A stretch of 13,315 bases of DNA from a bacterium (GTDB taxonomy: Bacteria > SZUA-182 > DTGQ01 > JAFGSM01). Every line of letters starts with the position of its first letter. The stretch's first letter is position 1. The stretch covers positions 1 to 13,315 of the forward strand of contig JBLIRO010000111.1 of assembly GCA_049472335.1 (NCBI GenBank). Direction: 5' to 3'. Both the position numbers and the translations under genes were made by a program. A model generated the notes under the pieces. The model saw only the letters and a list, made by a program, of their open reading frames with translations. It ran no database searches and was not told the DNA's origin. Below are positions 7,046-13,315 of this stretch, one piece after another.

Positions 7046-7208
7046 TCAGGATCACATCAAAGTCAAATTATTTTGTTTTATTTCAATAAGTTAAACAAGT
7101 TATAAATTATGAATCCTCTTTGCCCTCTTTGTTCTTTGTGGAAAGCTTTATAAATTACAGAGAATACAGAGTACACAGAGTATATATTAGACTTTGATGT
7201 TATCATGA
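7046..7208. repeat. About 163-bp nested inverted-repeat element (MITE/REP-like)
   Basis: Outer inverted repeat TCAGGATCACATCAAAGTCAAAT (7046-7068) matches the reverse complement of 7186-7208 at 20/23 positions. An inner imperfect inverted repeat is built from 9-nt units: CTCTTTGCC/CTCTTTGTT/CTTTGTG (7116-7140) facing ACAGAGAAT/ACAGAGTAC/ACAGAG (7157-7180). Confidence 0.65.
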
Positions 7209-7222
7209 ACCAAGATCTTAGA

Positions 7223-7251
7223 TTGACAGAGGCACTGATTTATTGCATGAT
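7223..7251 (+). promoter_or_regulatory. sigma70-type promoter for the GT2-methyltransferase pair
   Basis: TTGACA (7223-7228), 17-nt spacer, CATGAT (7246-7251), followed by the RBS GGAGG. Confidence 0.45.
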
Positions 7252-7271
7252 AATCTCCGGAGGATTCTTAA

Positions 7272-8054
7272 ATGATATTAGGTAAAAAACTTGTCGTTGT
7301 TTTGCCTGCTTATAATGCAGCCTCAACATTGGAGAAAACCTATAAGGAAATAGACCGCAGTATTGTGGATGAGATTATTCTAACGGATGACTGTAGTTCG
7401 GATAATACATCTCAAATAGCTAGTGATCTGGATCTTATTGTGCTAAGACACAGCCGTAATATGGGATACGGTGCGAATCAAAAAACATGTTATGGAAAGG
7501 CATTGGAAATAGATGCCGATATAGTGATCATGGTCCATCCGGATTACCAGTATACACCAAAGATTATCCCTTCCATTGCCTATATGCTTTGTACCGGATT
7601 CTATGATTACGTTCAGGGCTCCAGGATGTTAGGAAGGGGAGCTATAAAAAACGGCATGCCTGTTCATAAATATTTAGTTAACCGTCTTTTATCATCCTTT
7701 CAAAACCTGGTTCTGGCGCAGGGTTTATCAGAATACCATACGGGCTATCGCGGATTTACCAGAAGGGTCCTCGAAACATTGCCGCTTCTTGAAAACAGCG
7801 ATGATTATCTTTTTGATAATCAAATGTTGTGTCAGATTATCTATTTTGGCTTTCAGATCGGAGAAGTCAGTTGTCCCACAAATTATTTTCCGGAGGCCTC
7901 TTCCATAGGTTTTTTTAGAGGCTGTAAATATGCTTTAGGAGTAATCAAAACCACCTTCCAGTTAATCGGTCAAAAATTCGGCATTTATAAAACACCTATC
8001 TTCAGTATCCATGGAAGAAAATTGATAGATCCTTTAAATTCAGAACGTGAATAA
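7272..8054 (+). CDS. Glycosyltransferase family 2 (polyprenol-phosphate glycosyltransferase/DPM1-like)
   Basis: VVVLPAYNAA, ILTDDCSSDNT, NMGYGANQKTCY, MVHPDYQY, GSR and SEYHTGYRGF motifs. Confidence 0.95.
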   Translation: MILGKKLVVVLPAYNAASTLEKTYKEIDRSIVDEIILTDDCSSDNTSQIASDLDLIVLRHSRNMGYGANQKTCYGKALEIDADIVIMVHPDYQYTPKIIPSIAYMLCTGFYDYVQGSRMLGRGAIKNGMPVHKYLVNRLLSSFQNLVLAQGLSEYHTGYRGFTRRVLETLPLLENSDDYLFDNQMLCQIIYFGFQIGEVSCPTNYFPEASSIGFFRGCKYALGVIKTTFQLIGQKFGIYKTPIFSIHGRKLIDPLNSERE

Positions 8055-9012
8055 AATGGTTTTGAACGATTTGAGATGCGGCTTATGCGGGGCCTCTTCC
8101 TTTGAAAGAATTGTGCGGTTTAAGGAGTATAAGACTTCTATCCTTTTATGCCGGAAGTGTGGTCTGATGGTAAACCATCCGTTGCCTGCTCAGGATAAGA
8201 TCTATGAAAGATATCAGGCAGATTTCTATTCGTCTGAGGGCAAAAGGTTCAAAGGCTGGGTTGAAAACCTTTCCCGCCTTTTTCGCGTCAGGAGGGCTGG
8301 TTTGTTTCATAAACGATTCGGACCCAGAGGGGTTTTGTTGGATGTTGGTTGCGGCAGAGGCATAATGCTCAATGAGCTAAAAAAACGGGGATGGTCTGCA
8401 TCCGGCACCCAGGTATCGAAAACTGCCGCTGAACATATCAAAAAAGGCTATGGCATCGATTGTTTCATCGGAGAGTTGCCCCTTTCGCCATTTCTCCAAA
8501 ATTCTTTTGATATCATTACCATGTATCATGTTTTAGAGCACCTCGCCGATCCTTTTCTTTATCTGAATTGTTGTAAAAAACTTTTAAAACCGGGAGGGTA
8601 TCTTTTCGTTGAGGTCCCCAATGCAGATAGCTGGTCAGCCAAGGTTACCAAAGATGCCTGGATGGGTTGGGACCCATTACATCACCTCTATCACTTTACC
8701 CCTTCAACCCTAAGTCTGTCTATTAAAAAGGCAGGATTTGTTCCAGTGGAATGGAGCCATTTCTCATGGGAGTATGGCCCTTTTACAACCTTGCAGAGCC
8801 TTTTGAATCTCTCAGGGATTAGAGATGCCCTTTTTTCCGTTTTAAAGATCAATCCATATCTTTCGACATATGGCAAAAAGTCGGCCAAGGATACCCTGTT
8901 GGTCTTTTATATGGCCCTTTTGCTGGCAGCACCCGCTCTTCTTTTTTCAACAATTTCTTCTGCCTTTAAGCATGGCGAGATTATTCGTGTTCTTGCCAAG
9001 GCACAAAAATAG
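8047..9012 (+). CDS. Class I SAM-dependent methyltransferase with an N-terminal CxxC...CxxC zinc ribbon
   Basis: CGLC...CRKC, LLDVGCGRG, FDIITMYHVLEHL.DP, LKPGG.L.VEVPN and HHLYHF motifs. The start overlaps the GT2 stop (GTG at 8047; ATG at 8056 is an alternative). Confidence 0.92.
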   Translation: MNKMVLNDLRCGLCGASSFERIVRFKEYKTSILLCRKCGLMVNHPLPAQDKIYERYQADFYSSEGKRFKGWVENLSRLFRVRRAGLFHKRFGPRGVLLDVGCGRGIMLNELKKRGWSASGTQVSKTAAEHIKKGYGIDCFIGELPLSPFLQNSFDIITMYHVLEHLADPFLYLNCCKKLLKPGGYLFVEVPNADSWSAKVTKDAWMGWDPLHHLYHFTPSTLSLSIKKAGFVPVEWSHFSWEYGPFTTLQSLLNLSGIRDALFSVLKINPYLSTYGKKSAKDTLLVFYMALLLAAPALLFSTISSAFKHGEIIRVLAKAQK

Positions 9013-9205
9013 AAGTCGAATTAAAAACAAAAATGTTACAAAAAGTAAAAAAGTTTTGAAAGAGTTTTTCATTATAATTGTCTATTATATTATTCAATTC
9101 TGGAAGAAGTTTTAAACCTTACTATCTGAAAAAAGGAATTGTGAAAAATTTTTAGATTGGCTTTTAAACTATATCCAAAATTTATGTGTCAGGGATGATT
9201 ATGTC

Positions 9206-9234
9206 TTGACAAATATATTATTGTTGGTTAAGAT
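9206..9234 (+). promoter_or_regulatory. sigma70-type promoter upstream of the multiheme cytochrome
   Basis: TTGACA (9206-9211), 17-nt spacer, TAAGAT (9229-9234). This would imply a leader of about 320 nt. Confidence 0.5.
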
Positions 9235-9557
9235 TGTATAATAAAATTTATCAATTTTATAGTTTCTACGATTCCCATAAACAGGAAAATACATATTTTC
9301 CATTGTATTTTTTCATGTTTATTCTTCTTAAGTTTATGCACCTCATTTCAGCAATACCTTTAAACAGTATCCATTGATGGAGAATAAACAGAAAAATGGT
9401 TTGCATAATCCAATTTTTTTATTCGACATTAAAATGAGAGCGTTATTAAAAATCCCAGAGCTTTAGGCAATAGAATTATTTCTATTATTATAGATTTTAT
9501 AATAAATAAGGTGTTTTTATATTTAAATAACAATTCCATCCAAAGAAGGTAATTATC

Positions 9558-12500
9558 ATGATACCTGAAAAAATATTTCCAGGGAGATTTATAAAAAGTT
9601 GCTTTGTTTTAAGTCTCTTCTTTTCTTTTCTCTTTTTCTCCTTTTTTCTCTTTTTCTCTTTTCCCTCATACCTCAATTCACAGGTGATTCCAAGACAAAA
9701 TAACAGAAATTTCCTTATTTACGAAGATATAGAAAAGATTTTAACTGAGCCTTTAAAGAATGAGGGATGCTGGGAATGCCATTGGGATATGTATCCGGAT
9801 ATGGCCTACGACCCTAACAATCCCAATTCTCCTGATTGTTTATGTTTTATGAGTCCCGCAAATACCCCATCCCCTCTCTTTTACTCTACCTATGATCCTG
9901 CCCCTGATCTGCCGGGCACTGACCTTTCATCTGAATATCTTGAGAAATTCAGAGAAGATTATGCAGAGAGAAAAAAAGGACACCTTACCCATCTTGTTTA
10001 TCAGCCCTTTGGCCTTGGGAGGGAATGCCTTGATTGTCATAATCCGGATCATTATAAGCTTGCCGATCCAGCCGACCCGAATGGACACGATAAGGGCAAA
10101 AAGGAGTTTATTATTTATTTTAAAGGGCATAATACCCTTAAAAACACAACCCTCAACAATACAAAGGTATGTTATGAATGCCACGGGGGGGTCTATCCAA
10201 AAGGATCCGAGGCCTTACCGGATAATCCCAATATAGAGATCAACTCCGTAAGGCTCCTTCAATGGGGTGACCCCGGCTCCGTAACCTGCCTGCAATGCCA
10301 TGATGATTCATATGAGAACGGAGGGATATACGCGTCCTATATAAGCCGGTATTGCTCCTTTCCCAACATGTATTATGATGATCTAAATGGTTGCCTGATA
10401 AAAGCGCCCGATCCGGACAAGATGCCGGGCCAGAATTACTGGCCGAAAAGCGGGCATGGAGTAACTGCGCTAAAAAGCTATGCCGGAGCTACAATTGATA
10501 CGGGTTATCCCGATCCAAATCGAGCAGAAAAGCCTTACCCCAATAGCGGGGCTATAAACAGTGAGAATATCCCAATCGACCCTAATGATTCAAATCCCCA
10601 CAGCCACGTCCATGACCTTAACCTTGATCCCGATGACGGGAGGAAGAATTTCTGCCTGGAATGCCATTGGTCCAATGAAACGGTGCAGGAAAAGGTCTGT
10701 GTAGAGTCGCTTCAAGCCTTTGACTATCCTGATGGGTTTCCCATTGGCAAATACAACGGGCACCTTGATACCATGAAGTATAGGGATGAGAGGTGGGGAG
10801 CGGAGGAGAGGTCATATCCGGATGTATGCCTGGGACACAAACAGTGGGAGCCGTGCAGGGAGTGTCACCCTGCAAAATATTCACATTTCGTATATAAAGA
10901 ATTGGGTGTTGGAAGAAAGAAACCGGGCCCAATGGATAGATTTTCACACTGTATTGTATGCCATAATCCACATGGATCCGGGGATGAGCATGGGAATGCC
11001 AATGTCTTTATGATCAAGGGAAGGATCTATAAAACTATATGTAATAATTGCCATTACAGCCAATTCCGGGTGGGAGACTGTGATATATTTGCCGATCTTC
11101 ATTTAGATCCAAATGAGGATACATGGGCTGTAAATTTCTTTGATCCCATAGTACAGGATATCATCGAGCCGGATTCTTCAGAGAATTCCATTTCTATTCC
11201 TGAAAGCTCAAAGGATATATGCGAAGCCTGCCATCAGGACAAACCGAGGGAAAACTGGCCAAATCCCGGAGACCCTTATGGAGATGCTGAATATGATTAT
11301 AAACACCGAAACGGCTCCCGTCACTATTTTAATCCATTTAATGATACCTGCCCGGATTTGGATACCTGCACCATCGACTATCGTGGCACAGACTGTACTG
11401 GATGTCATATCCATGATCCCGGTCCAGCTCCGGATCCTGATGATCCCGATTATGATTATGAAAAAAGCGATTCCAGATCTGTTTTTAATTCAAAGGCATT
11501 TTCACCCACCTGCCGGTGTCACGGAATCGGCAGGATCGATATTGCCACATTTACCGCGGACGGTAATCAGCCGGTTAACAGCCTGGGTGAAACCCTTTTC
11601 GGAAAAGGACACGGCACACCTCCCCCACCTTTCCCGGACGGATATTCAGGCCGGGATCCTCATACTGCTCATGCCAGGTATAACTTTCCTTGTTTTAGAT
11701 GCCATATAGATCCTTACGATCTTCCTTATGATCCGGATAACGAATATATATTTGAAATTGATGGATATACGCCTGTAGGATTTGACCGGTTTTTGAATCC
11801 TCATGGGATTTATGATGATAAAGATCCCAAGACTTGCTCGAATCTATATTGCCATAGCAATGCGAAAGGGGGGTATGCGAAATCCATAGCCTGGTCAGAG
11901 ACAGAAATGTTTTGCCGGGATCCCAACAATCCGGAATGTTTGGATGATTACGGGCGTTTCCTATACTGCAACAATTGCCATAACAATCCTCCCGATATTT
12001 TTGAGGATACTAATAATCCTTATGATCCTAATAATTTTTATAATAGAACAGATCATACAATAGGTTCTTCCCAGCCGGATCCTAACATCAGATGCAGCGC
12101 CTGCCATCCCCATAATGGCTTATATATGGAAAAAATAAAAGAGATCTATATGAGTAATCCAGGATTCTACAAACATGTAGACGGAAAAGTCGATATAGGC
12201 GAGATTATCTATACATTCGAACCGGTTGGGTGCGGCTATTGCCATAAGCCGGATAGTCCAAACCTGGATTTTCATGACTTAAGAGTGCCCGTTAATTTAC
12301 CTATTGAATATGATTTTCCTCGCGATAGTTGTCTATTTTGTCATAGCACGGAACATAAAGGAATGAAACTTTGTGATCCAGATATGACTGATTCTGATAT
12401 TGATTTACAATGTATATGGTGTCATCAGGAAACATTAAATGATCCGGAACCCGATTTCGGATGCGATTCGGACAAAAAGTGGCTGCACAGCGCAGATGCT

Positions 12501-13315
12501 GAATGCGCATCCTGCCATAGCGCCATATGCGATCCCAATACTATCCATCACTATGATTATCAGGGCACACTTCCACTTTCCATAGAAGAAAACTGGAATG
12601 ACGGCACGGGTTGCGGGGCCTGCCACAATGAAGAATATCTCACGAATGATAATGATAAGGCATCTTTTAGAAATGTTAAGGTTCTCCATGACGGAATCAT
12701 CTCTTCCGCTCCCTACTCTAACTGCTCTGATTGTCATGGGAGGCATTGTGATTTAGATATTGATACATCTCAGTGTACAGACTGTCATATTCCTCAAGAT
12801 GATATGAAGGTGGGACAGAATTATCTTCATGACAAATATGTTGGATTAACCTGTACAGACTGCCACTCTTCATCCCACGAAGGGTGGGAGATGATATTCC
12901 CCGAAGGTGCCACCCAGGAAGAGATCGCGGGAAAATGTAAAATCTGCCACAACTCCAATGATCTTTACAACATTAATCTCTCCTGCAGCCTTTCAGGTTA
13001 TCATGCCACAAGGGCAAACTGTTTGAACTGCCATAGGGTATACACTATAGAAGATAATATTTATAAGATAAAAACAGGGCATTATAAAATGCCCACCAAT
13101 CTGGAAGGTATGGAAGAGGCATGGAGCGACGTCAAGCCAAACGATTCCGCAGGCAATCATTGTGGCGTTTGTCACCAGGACCCTCAGAATCCCTTTGATC
13201 CATCTAAAAAACTGCACGCCTCGATCACATCAGCATGCAGTGTCTGTCATGGAGCCCACTGCGATATGAATATTTTACCAGGCTGGACAGGTGACAACAC
13301 ATGCGGCGGGTGTCA
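9558..13315 (+). CDS. Very large secreted multiheme c-type cytochrome with a CxxxxCH/CxxCH domain; 3' end beyond the window
   Basis: ATG at 9558 after GAAGGT, with no in-frame stop through 13315 (1252 codons, hand-translated). Phe-rich signal peptide. 25 complete CxxCH motifs (CWECH, CLDCH, CYECH, CLQCH, CLECH, CRECH, CIVCH, CNNCH, CEACH, CTGCH, CFRCH, CNNCH, CSACH, CGYCH, CLFCH, CIWCH, CASCH, CGACH, CSDCH, CTDCH, CTDCH, CKICH, CLNCH, CGVCH, CSVCH), plus CSNLYCH, CRCH and a terminal CGGC-ca. Confidence 0.96.
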   Translation, partial: MIPEKIFPGRFIKSCFVLSLFFSFLFFSFFLFFSFPSYLNSQVIPRQNNRNFLIYEDIEKILTEPLKNEGCWECHWDMYPDMAYDPNNPNSPDCLCFMSPANTPSPLFYSTYDPAPDLPGTDLSSEYLEKFREDYAERKKGHLTHLVYQPFGLGRECLDCHNPDHYKLADPADPNGHDKGKKEFIIYFKGHNTLKNTTLNNTKVCYECHGGVYPKGSEALPDNPNIEINSVRLLQWGDPGSVTCLQCHDDSYENGGIYASYISRYCSFPNMYYDDLNGCLIKAPDPDKMPGQNYWPKSGHGVTALKSYAGATIDTGYPDPNRAEKPYPNSGAINSENIPIDPNDSNPHSHVHDLNLDPDDGRKNFCLECHWSNETVQEKVCVESLQAFDYPDGFPIGKYNGHLDTMKYRDERWGAEERSYPDVCLGHKQWEPCRECHPAKYSHFVYKELGVGRKKPGPMDRFSHCIVCHNPHGSGDEHGNANVFMIKGRIYKTICNNCHYSQFRVGDCDIFADLHLDPNEDTWAVNFFDPIVQDIIEPDSSENSISIPESSKDICEACHQDKPRENWPNPGDPYGDAEYDYKHRNGSRHYFNPFNDTCPDLDTCTIDYRGTDCTGCHIHDPGPAPDPDDPDYDYEKSDSRSVFNSKAFSPTCRCHGIGRIDIATFTADGNQPVNSLGETLFGKGHGTPPPPFPDGYSGRDPHTAHARYNFPCFRCHIDPYDLPYDPDNEYIFEIDGYTPVGFDRFLNPHGIYDDKDPKTCSNLYCHSNAKGGYAKSIAWSETEMFCRDPNNPECLDDYGRFLYCNNCHNNPPDIFEDTNNPYDPNNFYNRTDHTIGSSQPDPNIRCSACHPHNGLYMEKIKEIYMSNPGFYKHVDGKVDIGEIIYTFEPVGCGYCHKPDSPNLDFHDLRVPVNLPIEYDFPRDSCLFCHSTEHKGMKLCDPDMTDSDIDLQCIWCHQETLNDPEPDFGCDSDKKWLHSADAECASCHSAICDPNTIHHYDYQGTLPLSIEENWNDGTGCGACHNEEYLTNDNDKASFRNVKVLHDGIISSAPYSNCSDCHGRHCDLDIDTSQCTDCHIPQDDMKVGQNYLHDKYVGLTCTDCHSSSHEGWEMIFPEGATQEEIAGKCKICHNSNDLYNINLSCSLSGYHATRANCLNCHRVYTIEDNIYKIKTGHYKMPTNLEGMEEAWSDVKPNDSAGNHCGVCHQDPQNPFDPSKKLHASITSACSVCHGAHCDMNILPGWTGDNTCGGC
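9614..9667 (+). repeat. 54-nt pure pyrimidine tract with an internal duplication, encoding the signal-peptide core
   Basis: Only C/T from 9614 to 9667. TTTTCTCTTTTTCTC occurs at 9626-9640 and 9644-9658 (18-nt period). It translates as LFFSFLFFSFFLFFSFP. Confidence 0.8.

Noticed and set aside
3484..8888. Short ORFs 3484-3717, 5252-5638, 5702-5962 and 8691-8888
   Set aside because: These are alternative-frame or antisense overlaps of well-supported genes.
8870..13217. Track ORFs 8870-9115, 9892-10236, 9927-10184, 10618-10971, 10786-11013, 11208-11414, 11278-11709, 12301-12510, 12435-12746 and 12993-13217
   Set aside because: They are shadows of the methyltransferase end or of the long cytochrome frame; their Ile/Met-rich text is the shifted reading of Asp/Pro/Asn codons.
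9558..13315. Stop-codon recoding (Sec/Pyl) or a frameshift as the reason the cytochrome is missing from the ORF track
   Set aside because: Manual translation found no in-frame stop; the ORF simply has no stop inside the window.
9558..13315. N-glycosylation sequon enrichment in the cytochrome
   Set aside because: About ten N-X-S/T sites by hand count is roughly what an Asn-rich 1250-aa protein would have by chance.
1..13315. CRISPR array, tRNA/rRNA, transposase or integrase genes
   Set aside because: I saw no regularly spaced direct repeats, RNA-gene signatures or recombinase motifs.

Overview
AT-rich genomic window from an anaerobic bacterium, probably diderm (inferred). The two most informative genes are absent from the supplied ORF track because they run off the window edges. 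The first is the 5' part of an anaerobic Ni-CO dehydrogenase gene (cooS, minus strand, 1-522) with a CxxC ([2Fe-2S]-type) D-cluster motif. The second is a very large secreted multiheme cytochrome c (9558 to beyond 13315; at least 1252 aa, 25 complete CxxCH motifs, one CX4CH, one CXCH, and a 26th CxxC cut by the edge). Upstream of cooS is a compact, unannotated regulatory cassette: tandem palindromic sites, a near-consensus sigma54 promoter, a 58-aa ORF resembling YezD/DUF2292, and mutually exclusive antiterminator/terminator hairpins. A stand-alone H-NOX gas sensor is transcribed divergently. The middle of the window holds a DsbA-like protein, a TPR protein, a HAD phosphatase, a secreted hypothetical protein, a GT-C glycosyltransferase, a GT2 and a SAM methyltransferase, plus two small inverted-repeat (REP/MITE-like) elements. 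All translations and counts were done by hand; no searches were run.
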